Positions 29,687 through 42,866 of a stretch of DNA of 64,000 nucleotides are shown one piece after another. Numbering within the stretch: the stretch's first letter is position 1; each line of letters opens with the position of its first letter. The stretch covers positions 13,330,001 through 13,394,000 of the forward strand of contig OX597831.1 in assembly GCA_951406725.2 (NCBI GenBank), given 5' to 3'. This DNA is from Octopus vulgaris. Its lineage: Eukaryota. The notes under the pieces were generated by a model. That model was given only the letters and a program-made list of their open reading frames with translations. It had not been told where the DNA came from and searched no databases. The translations under genes were made by a program, and so were the position numbers.

Positions 29687-30145
29687 CAGGGTGACCCAAA
29701 CGTATGTTTACAGTTATCTCGTAGGCATTTCTTTTAAAACATCCTATTACATTTAAATTTCTATCTTACAATCATATTTTTTATGCGCGTCTTAAACAAT
29801 GTTTAATCCCTCAGATGCTCAAAAGGTCCTCTTTCAATATTGCAACATTCTTCAAACCCCTTCACAACATTCTGACACACAGTGCGGCACAAATCCCGAT
29901 CTCCATCAATTTCAGTGAATGCGTCAGAAATGTAATGGTTTAATCCATTTACTGTTTTGGGATTCATCTCATAAACCTTGTTCTTTACAACCCCCACCCC
30001 CCAAGAAATCTATTGGTGTCAGGTCAGGTGGACGTCGTGGCCATTCGATGCTGCCTCGTCTTCCAAACTAACGCTGTGGAACGGCTTGGTTAAGGTAGTT
30101 TTGTACTGACACCGCATAATGTGGAGGTGCTCCATCTTACGGAAT
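29687..30145 (-). mobile_element. Tc1/mariner-superfamily transposase 3' remnant with one TIR
   Basis: Minus translation DGAPPHYAVSVQNYLNQ...GRRGSIEWPRRPPDLTPIDF...KNKVYEMNPKTVNGL...GPFEHL*; TA-cagggtgacccaaa terminus. Confidence 0.85.
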
Positions 30146-31501
30146 AACGGTTTCATATTTTTTATTAAGATCTAAGCCATTAATATATGAATGCGAAAGA
30201 GACTGGAGAATAACTGTGTTCGTGTGTATGTGTGCATGCGTGGGTGGGTGTATTTATATATGTATACATGATCTAATTGATATATGTGTATATATGTATA
30301 TGTATGTATATATTATACACATAAAAAGAGTAACAGATACTTATATATTTATTTCTGGGTTAGCAAGGCTACCATTGGTTTCATCCCGAAAGAAAACTCT
30401 CAATAAATATCAAGTCTGTCACATGAAACGTTAGAATTCGTCTCCATCTTGGCCGAGAATACACTAAGATACACACACACTCGGCATGGTACCAACAATT
30501 AAAGAATATTCATCCATCAATGCGGTATTGAGAGCTAACTCACACACTTTGATATTAGAATATATAAGCACACACACAAACGCACGCAGACATGCACGCG
30601 TGCACATACACACAAATGCATGCGCGCATACTACAGAAATTCTACAGAGTTTCCGTCGACCATTTTCAATCCGAAATCATTGGTGAGCCAGGGCTAAGGT
30701 AGGATATGGCTGGGTAATGGGATTCAATGTAAAATATTTGCGAAGCTACTTATTTTTGAAGCCACACAACCGAGCCTGTAGCTCTTCAGTTAATCTGCGT
30801 GGACAAGAAATAAAACTAAATCATGATGTTCATAGACAGGGGATTTCGATATCCATAGACACATATTTATCAGGGATAAACTTGGGAAGCGAGGAAACAT
30901 TTTATACGAAAAAGAAAAAAGAAAAAATGGAAAAAAAATCATATTTGTCTATTATCTCACTATGTACTCTGGTGATAAACGATAAAACCCAAACATATAT
31001 AAAGGTAGTGAAAGCAAATGTTTATATCACATAAACTCGTGAAAATATCAGAACAAAATGTTGGAAAATAAAAGAAAGATATTTTTCTTATTTATCATTT
31101 TTGATAAAGCACAATTCTAGGAATGATAATTATAACAAAAACGTGCATAGTATTTCGCAATTGCCTTTCAGAGTAAAATATACACAAAAGAATGAGAAAA
31201 CATCGTTATTCAGTGACAGTTTGAATTGTGGCATTTAAACAAGAGATATAAATCTCATAAAAGGAATTCATGCATGTGGAATTTAGGTGTTTTGTGCAGA
31301 GATGCAAAAAGGAAGCCTGTAGCTTCTGTTTGCGATATGCATTACAAGCTAATGCTTTAACGCAATTTTCTTATATTCTTCGAGTTCTTTCGTTTCCAGG
31401 AATCTCATTCTTCATTTCAAAATGTCTTTCAGAATATTAACATATACCTGATGATGATAATTAATGATTTCATACGAAAATATAGTTCCGCACTTGTATA
31501 A

Positions 31502-31762
31502 CTGACACTCCGTCGGTTACGACGACGTGGTTTCCAGTTGATCCAATCAATGGAACAGCCTTCCACCGACACGGGAACCCGTAACATAGTTTCCAGGATG
31601 ATACAGCATGATTCAGAAATATAGATGCTGGTCAATTTTAGCATCTGAGTAGATTGGGAAAACGTGAAAAAAATATATCTTACTGAAGGACACAAATCGC
31701 CGCCGGGAATCGAACTCATGATATTAAGTGAACCGAAAACCCTAACCACTTAGCCATGCGCC
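31502..31762 (-). mobile_element. Decayed tRNA-SINE
   Basis: Minus head ggcgcatggctaagtggttagg...gagttcgattcccgg (A and B boxes); 3' part related to the oppositely oriented copy near 26740-26910. Confidence 0.7.
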
Positions 31763-32153
31763 TTCACACTTCCATATTTATAGGAAAGCATATAATGAGA
31801 AGATGTATAACACTCAGTTGCGGCGTAGAGTAAGTATTCACAACAAAACGAATATATCATGTTATCGTTAGGAGTGAATTTATCTATTTTGCTTTCTAAA
31901 TCTTCATTAACGAGATAAAATAATAATGATAAAGAAAGAAAGCTTATATCCAGATTATTCATCAAATATTGCCATACTACTGGAAAAGATTAAGAAGTTT
32001 TAAGATACCTTAACCTTATTAAAAGTAGGAATATATAATTTATCTGTTTCCTTTCAATAACCATAGGCACCTTTTGGTAGCCTAATGAATATATGGGACT
32101 ACGAAAAATTCTTAGTTCAAATCGCTTCGGATACTTTACACACACATACTTAA

Positions 32154-32217
<64 letters not shown>

Positions 32218-32270
32218 TTATCTTTTTATTTTTTATTTTATTTATTTATTTTTTTTGTTCTTTTCTTCCC

Positions 32271-32400
32271 TTTTACGATCCCTCTTGATCGAAAACCTTT
32301 CTTTTCTTTTTGTTTTTTGTTTTTTTCATCTCCCAAAAGAAAAGCTCTACCTTGTAACTTGTCCCATCTGTGTGCAGCCCTGTGTGGCCAATAAAGAAAC
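32271..32400 (+). mobile_element. LINE 3' end (Tx1/L1-like) inside (TATC)n
   Basis: Homologous to 60541-60700; ends cagccctgtgtggccAATAAAgaaac followed by tatc repeats, with (TATC)n upstream. Confidence 0.65.
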
Positions 32401-32475
32401 TTATCTATCTATTTATCTGTCAGTCTATCTATACACCTATATATATATATATATGTATGTCAGTCTATCTATACA

Positions 32476-32537
<62 letters not shown>

Positions 32538-32626
32538 CATATGTATATATATATATATATATACATACATATATATATATATGTATTCTATGTATCTATC
32601 TATTTATCTGTCTGTCTATCCATACA

Positions 32627-32672
<46 letters not shown>

Positions 32673-33189
32673 TTGAAAAGTGCATGGGTTACAATTAAAA
32701 GGTTGCAATCGAATAAATTTATATTAAAATTCGGCACAAGAAAACACTTTTAAAAGATTTTCATGACAAAATGCAATATATTATTTACATTTTTATTTAA
32801 ATAAGCTATCGGTTTCAAGAGCTTACGATGATTTAATGATGCTGAAATAAAAAGGGAAATAAATTTTAATTAATTAAATTACTTTGATATCATTTTCGAA
32901 GCTCACGTTTTCTTTTTTACATGTAATGACGTCATGACGCTGGTGTTTCGATTTTTTTTTCTTTTAATATTGATACAAGATCACCAATATTGAGGGAAAG
33001 GAGCAAGTCGATAATGTCAGCTTCAATACTTCACTGGTCCTTTCATCGACCATGAGAAGATGAAAGTGTCAGTCGATCTGATCTCGGTGGGGTTTGAACC
33101 CAAGATGTAAAGTGCCTTAAGAAATGAACAACGTATTTCCTCTGGCGCGATAATGATTCTTCCCGGCCCCTTCTTAATATATCTCCACA

Positions 33190-33522
33190 AATAATCCTTT
33201 CTACTTGAAGCACAAGGCCTCAAATTTAATCCACCCGAAAGAAAGAAAGGCAAATTCGAACTAGGTGGAATTTGAACTCAGAGCGTAGCGACGGGCGAAA
33301 TACCTACAAGGGGCTAAACACAGAGAGGACAAACAAGGACATACAAACGCATTAAATCGATTACATCGACCCCAGTGCGTAACTGGTACTTATTTAATCG
33401 ACCCCGAAAGGATGAAAGGCAAAGTCGACCTCAGCGGAATTTGAACTCAGAACGTAGCGGCAGACGAAATACCGCTAAGCATTTCGTCCCGTACGCTAGT
33501 GATTCTGTCAGCTTGCCGTCTT
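33190..33522 (-). mobile_element. Dimeric tRNA-SINE, dominant family
   Basis: Two ggaatttgaactcag units joined by cctacaaggggctaaacacagagaggacaaac; same layout at 37019-37392 and 48290-48694. Confidence 0.85.
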
Positions 33523-34324
33523 CATATCTTCACAAATAATGAAACACTTGTTAACGGAAGGATATCAAACATTCGGAAAAGTAGTGCAGATATATGTATT
33601 ATAACAAATTTCATCTCCAAATAAAACGTTAATAGTCCGGATGTTCCCAGTATTTCCTGCTAGCCTTAGGTTTTGATATTTAATCAAGATTTATGATATT
33701 CACAACTAACGCATGACCATTAATTACTGATATAACACAATTTCAGATTATATCCACTGAATTAGATACCGGAGCCAAAGGCGGTGCTTCTAAGCATCGA
33801 TTAGTTTCCTAGAAATATAATTATATTTCATTCAGTTATCGTTTAGAACACAGATTTGGAGTTAAAATCATAATATCACTAAGACAAATAAATCCTTTGA
33901 GTACTGTTGTCTTGCGAGGATTTTTCCAGTTGCCCAAACCAAGATGTACTCCTCATTGGGGCACCAGGAATCTGTGCCGCATCGCCTCACGCATATCGTC
34001 ATTTTCATGTTGTATGTCACAGATAATAGCTCTAGTATTGTCTTCTTCTTGTCGTTCTGAATACAACATTCAATATAGCCTGGTGTTCAGCAAGTGAGTA
34101 TTGGCCAGAAAAAGCCTATTCCGTATTTAGCAACAACAGTAAAGACGAGTGGGAGTCTGTTCAAATCTTTCCTCTTTAGTTCGTGTTCGGGATATGACAT
34201 GTTTTGAGACATATGGACTGCCTGATCTACCAAAAACATCAAGGCAATCGTCTGCTTTTTACTTTATAGCAAATTGTTTCTTGTATGAAGTGTTCCGAAA
34301 CAATCTATTTACGTTTTAATAAGC

Positions 34325-34509
34325 AGGCGTGGCTAGACGCAGGCGTGGCTAGACCCAGGCGCTGCTGTGTGGTAAGAAGCTCGCTTTGCAACTGATGCCG
34401 GGTTCAGTCCCACTGCGTGACACCCTGGGCAAATGTCTTCTACAATAGCCTTGGCCCGGCCAAAGCCTTGTGAGTGGATTTGGTAGACGGAAACCGAAAG
34501 AAGCCTGTC

Positions 34510-34510
<1 letters not shown>
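34325..34510 (+). mobile_element. CORE-like tRNA-SINE 5' half with a locally repeated 16-bp head
   Basis: gcaggcgtggctagac twice, then tgtgtggtaagaagc...ggttcagtccc...ctgggcaaatgtcttc; homologous to 43597-43752. Confidence 0.8.
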
Positions 34511-34592
<82 letters not shown>

Positions 34593-34598
34593 CATACA

Positions 34599-34634
<36 letters not shown>

Positions 34635-34703
34635 TATTATCACTATGGACTCCGTGTGGGCAGTCATCTAAAAGTTTTTATTCGTTATGATGCTGACATA
34701 AGT

Positions 34704-34800
34704 TCCTTGTCTTTCCTGATGAGAAGATGGCATAATGCACCCTTTATTCCTTCGGAATTAGGAATATGCAGTCTTCGAAACATATGTCGAGAATAAAGGA
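34704..34800 (+). ncRNA. Intact type I hammerhead ribozyme motif
   Basis: tcctt(gtc)tttc-CTGATGA(34716-34722)-gaaga...tcttc-GAAA(34777-34780)-CATATG-TC-gaga(ata)aagga; GUC site, predicted cleavage after 34788. Confidence 0.8.
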
Positions 34801-34834
34801 ATTTTGTTAAATCGTCGTTCGACTCCATTCTTAC

Positions 34835-34916
<82 letters not shown>

Positions 34917-35021
34917 CAGTGTTAAAACATCGAAGATTATATTTTTTTCCCTCTGAAGAAATTATGCTCAGGTCATATAAATATAAATTTGATATTAATA
35001 TTTACTGAGTAACCACTACTA

Positions 35022-35300
35022 TTAACCACTACGCCATATGCCCATGGGCTTATGGCGTAGTGGTTAAGAGCGCGGGCTGCTAATCCCAAGATTCCGAGTT
35101 CGGTTCCAAGCAATGACCTGAACAATAATAATAATAATAATATCGAAAACTACCTTAGGAATGAGAACGAAGGTTTGAAATTTCCCCAAGACACCTGATG
35201 AAGGCTGGAGGGTATATCAACCAAAACGTTGTGTTAACAACAAACAAGATGAGGAAAACTGTCCGTCAAATGTAAATAATGCAATTAAAGTACATAATTC
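35022..35300 (+). mobile_element. Family H1 copy: terminal palindrome, tRNA-like head, (AAT)n and mutated hammerhead (35190-35235)
   Basis: Hairpin 35022-35067; A box TGGCGTAGTGG 35053-35063; B-box-like GTTCGGTTCC 35098-35107; HHR with GAAA>AAAA and cagcc>caacc. Confidence 0.75.
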
Positions 35301-36862
35301 CCCATAGATGTAGCATTTATTTAACGATTGTGATTATACCTGTACATGAAGCTGACATGTGGTAACAATTACCCCTTTATGGGACCAATATTCCGGAAGA
35401 GGGTCGGATAACTGGTTTAGGAGTCAGTGGGCCTGGAATTTTCTGATCATAAAAAATGGGCCCGAAGGCGAAAAAGGTTGAGAACCGCTGCTGTAAATAT
35501 CTCTTGGTTTAACGACATCACATGACTCTTGGATGTTTTTATTAGAGTATACTCTATTGGAAATCGATCGGATCATGTTTCTGGCCTGTGTATAATTTCA
35601 TTTCTTCTCCCTATCGGTCTGGAACGATCCTGAAAAGGCCGATGACTCTTGCCCTTCCTCTACTGATTAAGCCATTAATAAAAGTGCAATGCAGAAAGCG
35701 ATTAAATTTCGTTCACCACATGCTCAAAATATGACATTAGCAATAAACTTTATAAACCCCCAGAAGGGCTTGCTGGTGATAGAAAAAAGGTAAAAAAATT
35801 GTATTATTTTATTTGAGTTTCAACGCTACCACATGAAGCATTCAATACTCTGATCATTTTGTTCGTTTAGGTATATCTAAGACAGTTTCATCTTAAGTGT
35901 TCCTTTCGTAATTAGTCAGGTGTAGTCTGAGGGAGATTGGTCACTATTTCTAGCATATCACTTATCACAATAGAGGCTCCTACCTCGACTCCGACTTGCT
36001 AATTGGCTCGCAAATGTCCGTGTTCATACGTATGGTGTCTGTTCCTTTTCTCATAGAAGAGACAGGAAATTGGTTTGACTAATTTGGCCAGAGAATGTGG
36101 ATTTTTGTGAGATAGGAAGTTAGTTGAAGACACGTAAATATTGCGCAGATGTTAATAAAGTTTCTTCTTTACAATAAATATTATATTCACCACTCATGTA
36201 ATACAATCATTTGATATTAATTCATTTTTATGTTTTTCTTTTCTTCGCATGTTCTTCTTTCCTCTTTCACTCTTCTTCCTATCCTCTTTCTATATTTTCT
36301 CTACATCCAATCAAGCATTACTGTCTTCTATATCAATTACTTCGATGCTTCGCTATTCTTCTACATAACTACATCTCGTTTCTCACGCCCCTCAACAATT
36401 TGGCTCACTCTTACCTCTTCCAAGCTCAACTTTTCTCGATTTCTTTCCTGCCACCACACATAAATGTCTCTCCTACCACCTCTAACAACACATCCTTTCC
36501 ATTCACCTCTCACTTCACCTCTTCCTCTCCAATATCCTTTGCACCTTTCTTCTTCTTTACTTCCTATCAAACCTTTTATTCATTTCACTGTATTTCTCTC
36601 GCTTGTCTTTCACCTCAGATGTTGTCTCACATACTGAGTAGAAAAACTGCGATTAACTGAAATTAGCTATGCAATTAGTAGATAAAATCTCCTTCTAGAT
36701 GTGTTCAAAACCTAAATATAACATAGGAAATGTCTTTTCCTCAATATTCAGGTTTTGGAAAATAAGGAGGAAGTAGATTGCAACGGAACTTTTCTTTACA
36801 GCATACTGAAAAAACCAATTGACATCATTTAGACTTTTAGCGAAATATAGTCTACTCAATAC

Positions 36863-36923
<61 letters not shown>

Positions 36924-37018
36924 TATGAATGTGTGTGTGTGTATGTGTGTGTGTGTGTGTGTTGTGTTTGCATGCATATATACATAATATATACAGAGTT
37001 GGCCAAAAGTCACCTGTC

Positions 37019-37392
37019 CTTTTCTACTCTAGGCACAAGGTCCGAAATTTTGGGGGAAGGGCCAGTCGATTAGATCGACCCCAGTACGCAACTGGTACTT
37101 AACTTATCGGCCCCGAAAGGATGAAAGGCAAATTCGACCTCGGCGGAATTTGAACTCAGAACGTAAAGACAGACGAAATGCCTATTTCTGTATTACCTAC
37201 AAGGGGCTAAACACAGAGGAGACAAACAAGGACAGACAGACGGATTAAGTCGACTATGTCGGCACCAGTGCGTAACCGGTACCTAATTTATCGACCCCGA
37301 AAGGATGAATGGGAAAGTCGACCTTGGCGGAATTTGACCTCAGAACGTAGCGGCAAACGAAATACGGCTACGCATTTCGTCCAGCGTGCCTT
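37019..37392 (-). mobile_element. Dimeric tRNA-SINE with 16-bp target-site duplication
   Basis: ccaaaagtcacctgtc at 37003-37018 and 37393-37408. Confidence 0.9.
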
Positions 37393-39337
37393 CCAAAAGT
37401 CACCTGTCAGTAAATCAAAAACAAATGTAATTCTAGGATCAAAAACAGAATATTATTTTATATGAGACTTCGCTAATAAATAAACAAATCCTGAAAGAAA
37501 AACTGTGGTTTTAAGTCGCAGCTTTCAATTAATGAACATTGGAATGAATAAATATAATTGAATATTAAGTATTTACGGAATTTTGATTTACTGTCGGGTT
37601 ACTTTTGACCAAACCTGTATATAATCCCAGCATGGCCACAGTCTAATAACTGAATCAAGTAAAAAATATATATATGCAAATATATATGGCTGACTAATGT
37701 TAACTAAGGGAACCCTTCTGTCTGACTTCGTCAAAATACAATATCGTTAAAGTGCCACCTACACGAATCGAACCCTTTTTACATTCGTGGATTAAATTCC
37801 TAATTACTTACCTGTTAATCACTAATTATTGGGTTTCAAACACAGAATTGTCTTCACACGACGGTAGAGATGTTGCTTCGTTCGTTCGACTTAAATCGTA
37901 TCAACGAACGAACATCCGAGCCGGCGTGCGAACTGCATCAAAAGTCAGCGAAATCTCACTCAAGTCACGTTTTATCAGGATAATGGTTGTTGTATAATAT
38001 ATTTGGAGATAATGAAATAAGCAGTAAAGATTCCACGATATTGAGGATGGTCTGCATCAGTATTCACTAAGTATGAACAGTTCGAGATAAGGAATAAATT
38101 GGTTTTCTACCACCAGAGCCACCACAGACACCACTAAAACTAGCACCACCACCACTACCACCATTACCAGCAGCAGTAGCAGCCGTCCAAGAATTTGGAT
38201 CTGGAGATCTCCATTTCCAGCAACTTCGAGGGCCACCTCCCAGTGGTGACGGGAGTCAACGAAGAGCCCTCGACTACAAGACGACCAAAGTTTTTTTTTC
38301 AAGGTCTGGGTTCTCCCGCCCGTAAGCCCAAGACCATCACCTAATCACCCGTACCCATCTTGTTGCTTAACAACAACAACAATAGCAGCAACAGCAACAG
38401 CAGCAGCAGCAGCAGTAGCACCAGATCAGCAGCAGCAACAGTAGCAGCAGCAGCATGACCACCATCACTACCACCACCATCACCAATTTCACGTTCAGTT
38501 CCAGTAGCAGCAGCAGCAGGGGCCATAATCACCACCAACACCAACACTATCACAAACACCTCCAGCACCAGTAACAGGAACAGCAACTCTACCCCCTCTG
38601 CACCACCACCACCAACAACAACAGAAACATTTATTCAAGTCACTGACAGAGCTTCCCCAAGCTCAGCTGGAATGCTAGAAATAGTTACCAAATCCTCTTG
38701 TTTTAGAAATCGAAGTTTTGAATAATGTGGTATTGGGTCCTGTGCAAACCGGAATATGACAGGATGGTCACAGCTGGAAAGTATTCGATCATAAGACCGC
38801 TTTATCTCGATCCAAAGAAACACCTGAGCTAAAAATAGCAGCCAAACCTCTCCAAAGTCTCACTCTTCTCATCTAAAGATATAAAGAAAGAGAAGACAAA
38901 AGATTGGACGGAGTAAATCCTGAATGCATAAAGTATGAGTATAAGGAGGGATGGCCGCTAATGGAGCGGCCTTGATCACATATCTGCTGAATCAGAGCTA
39001 ATTTGATCCGAAGCTAAACAACAACAGCAGCAACAACGATATTTTGCACCTGAATCAGATAAAGCATTCTGCTTCTCCATAAAAAAGGTGTATACGACAA
39101 GAGAGAAAGAAGACCTAATAAAATAGAAAACACAGAAGGAAAACGGAGAAGAGAAATGCGTAAACACGACCAGGAGTTGCAATAATTGGTTATGATTCTC
39201 TTATTCAACTGTGTCGCTTTGAATTCTCAACCCACGCTTCTGTTCGACTGGCTGAAGGCCATTACGTATATTTATATAACTGGATGATGTTTTTTTCTTC
39301 TCTTTCTTTCTTTAGAAGAGGGTAATAAATAAAGAAG

Positions 39338-39914
<577 letters not shown>

Positions 39915-39979
39915 AGACGTAATTTGTTGCAAGAGCGGATTGTGGAAAAGAGAGCCTATGGCTGATTTGATATGTGTGT

Positions 39980-40022
<43 letters not shown>

Positions 40023-40112
40023 TGTATGCGTGTATGAATTTTCATATATGTGTGATACATATACGATTGACATGCATCTATATGTGTGTGTGTATAAATG
40101 TAGCTAATATGA

Positions 40113-40153
<41 letters not shown>

Positions 40154-40228
40154 GGTATATATACAGGTAGGTAAGTATCGAATGTATTCATGTATGCGTT
40201 GTGTATATAAATACACACACCCGCGCGC

Positions 40229-40286
<58 letters not shown>

Positions 40287-40507
40287 ATATTCTGTAAATT
40301 TAAGACATGGTTGCACATAGATGGACAATATTGCAGAAACTTGTACAGCCTTACAGGTTTTCCTGCATGCTCATAAAATAATTTTGTCTCATAAGTAACT
40401 CAGACACACACGCGCACATATACATAATACACACACACACACACACACACCCATATACATAATACACAAACACACATATATATGTGTGTATATATATATA
40501 CATAGAT

Positions 40508-40566
<59 letters not shown>

Positions 40567-40906
40567 TACACATGTCAGTGTGTGTCATGTACTTTCCTTG
40601 TCTTGTTTCAATTTTTTTTGCCTCTGTTCACGACATTTGCGAGGAAATTTTATTGTGGTCTGTATGCTCATTATCATAATTCTACGCCAGCTGAAGCGAA
40701 ATTCTTCTATCGATAAATGTAATGTCTGATGTTTGCGCACGTAACCAGAATGGAAGAGTCGCATGAGGATTTGGACAGAACGGTATTGAAACCTGAAGCA
40801 CACAGACACATATACACACACACACGCAAGTACTCTGGCGCACGCACACATACATACATATATATGTGTGTATATATGTATATATATATAAATATATATA
40901 TGTATA

Positions 40907-40982
<76 letters not shown>

Positions 40983-41316
40983 AATAAATAAAAATAAAAC
41001 ATATGCATATATATAAAGATATATGTACGTACCTACCTCTACATGTACATATACACGCATATATGAGTACAGGACACCAAAAGGACGTCGAACACAATGA
41101 GAAACGAAAACATAGGCACAAACCAAAGGAACTGGACATTTTTTAAAACAATAAAAAAATAGAGTAATATATATATATATATATATATATATCATCACAA
41201 TCAAGGAACGGCCATAATAGGCCATTCATCCACTAGAAATAACAGCCAAAAGCTTTAACCGCAAAATAACGTCAATTCCGTAAACCAGGAGAAAATTAAA
41301 AAACATTTACCCTGTA

Positions 41317-41423
41317 ATTTCTTAGACGATGCACCGTTTCATCTACTGTTTAATGGAAAACTAATCTGATTAAATTAAATCAAGCCAATCTACCATAGGC
41401 CCTTAGATTCATCAGTAAGAAAT
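41317..41423 (-). ncRNA. Intact type I hammerhead ribozyme, unit 1
   Basis: Minus: atttctta-CTGATGA(41415-41409)-atcta...tagat-GAAA(41340-41337)-CGGTGCATCG-TC-taagaaat; perfect 8-bp helix I, GUC site, cleavage between 41325 and 41324. Confidence 0.9.
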
Positions 41424-41807
41424 AGCCAAGCCGGAACAGATATTTTTCACGAGGCATTCTCGTTGCTACCTCGTCAATATCTGACCTAAAATTTTCAAAT
41501 CGTCGCACTCGCGCCAAATTTATCGGCAGCAAATAAATATAAGCCGCCGATTCCATTACGGAATTAACCAGAAAATTCATAATTAATCAATATAGGGTGG
41601 CAAAAAAATTTTGTAGAATTCTTTTGCCACCAGCGGCCTAGTGGGAAAAAAATTAAATAGTCATAAACCATTTTTAAGTTCAACATCACAATCAAGGAAC
41701 GGCCATAATAGGCCATTCACCCACTAGAAATAACAGCCAAAAGCTTTAACCGCAAAATAACGTCAATTCCGTAAACCAGGAGAAAATTAAAAAACATTTA
41801 CCCTGTA

Positions 41808-41914
41808 ATTTCTTAGACGATGCACCGTTTCATCTACTGTTTAATGGAAAACTAACCTGATTAAATTAAATCAAGCCAATCTACCATAGGCCCTTAGATT
41901 CATCAGTAAGAAAT
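41808..41914 (-). ncRNA. Intact type I hammerhead ribozyme, unit 2
   Basis: Same motif shifted by 491 bp; core at 41906-41900, cleavage between 41816 and 41815. Confidence 0.9.
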
Positions 41915-42164
41915 AGCCAAGCCGGAACAGATATTTTTCACGAGGCATTCTCGTTGCTACCTCGTCAATATCTGACCTAAAATTTTCAAATCGTCGCACT
42001 CGCGCCAAATTTATCGGCAGCAAATAAATATAAGCCGCCGATTCCATTACGGAATTAACCAGAAAATTCATAATTAATCAATATAGGGTGGCAAAAAAAT
42101 TTTGTAGAATTCTTTTGCCACCAGCGGCCTAGTGGGAAAAAAAAAGACATGCGCCTTCATTATA

Positions 42165-42510
42165 GGAGTTCGCATGGCTCAGTGGTTAGAGCGTCGAGCT
42201 TACGATCGTGAGGTTGTGAGCTCGAATCCCGGACCGGGCTGCGTGTTGTGTTCTCGAGCAAGGCACTTTATTTCACGTTGCTCCAGTTCACTCAGCTGTA
42301 GAAATGAGTTGCGACTTCACTGGTGCCAAGCTGTATCGACCTTTGTCTTTCCCTTGGATAACACTGGTGGCGTGGAGTGGGGAGGCTGGTATGCATGGGC
42401 GACTGCTGGCCTTCCATAAACAACCTTGCCCGGACTTGTGTCTAGGAGGATAACTTTCTAGGTGCAATCCCATGGTCATTCATGACCGATGGGGGTCTTT
42501 TACTTACCTT
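42165..42510 (+). mobile_element. Full-length tRNA-SINE
   Basis: A box TGGCTCAGTGG, B-box-like GCTCGAATCC, central ctcgagcaaggcactttatttcac domain, (tttac)-type tail. Confidence 0.85.
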
Positions 42511-42687
42511 TAATACTCATGAAAGATATTAATGTATGTGGTCGCAAGCTACAGCCGTTTAGGCAAAATAACCATAGATATATTTATAAAATTATATATA
42601 ATAAAGGTGCATTTTTATAAAAGAGACCAGTGTCGCTGAACATAGGAGTTAAAACCTTCCGAAGCCACCTTCCGATTATTATCATCA

Positions 42688-42758
<71 letters not shown>

Positions 42759-42770
42759 GTCATTATTATT

Positions 42771-42801
<31 letters not shown>

Positions 42802-42802
42802 A

Positions 42803-42866
<64 letters not shown>

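Larger units (their letters stand above)
41193..42143 (-). mobile_element. 491-bp tandem repeat (about 1.9 units) with one hammerhead per unit; candidate non-LTR retrozyme or Penelope-type pLTR dimer
   Basis: Units start at 41193 and 41684; only two substitutions noticed over about 460 bp; identical duplicated ORF-track entries 491 bp apart. Confidence 0.85.

Noticed and set aside
33880-34310. Possible decayed RTE-type LINE 3' region on the minus strand
   Set aside because: Only a vague resemblance; no motif could be read with confidence
38100-38625. CAG/CAC-rich stretch suggesting a polyQ exon
   Set aside because: Stops interrupt the frames, no clear splice context, and a probable repeat fragment lies within it
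41437-41483. Possible second hammerhead (TTGACGA...GAAA) within the 491-bp unit
   Set aside because: No room for helix III and an NUH site; better explained as a plain hairpin
41380-42071. Duplicated 66-aa ORF in the 491-bp repeat
   Set aside because: Short, no recognisable motif, overlaps the ribozyme core; the identity reflects the recent duplication
42165-42240. Possible tRNA genes (also near 35046, 52330 and 5915)
   Set aside because: A/B boxes are present but there is no complete cloverleaf, and most continue into repeat bodies
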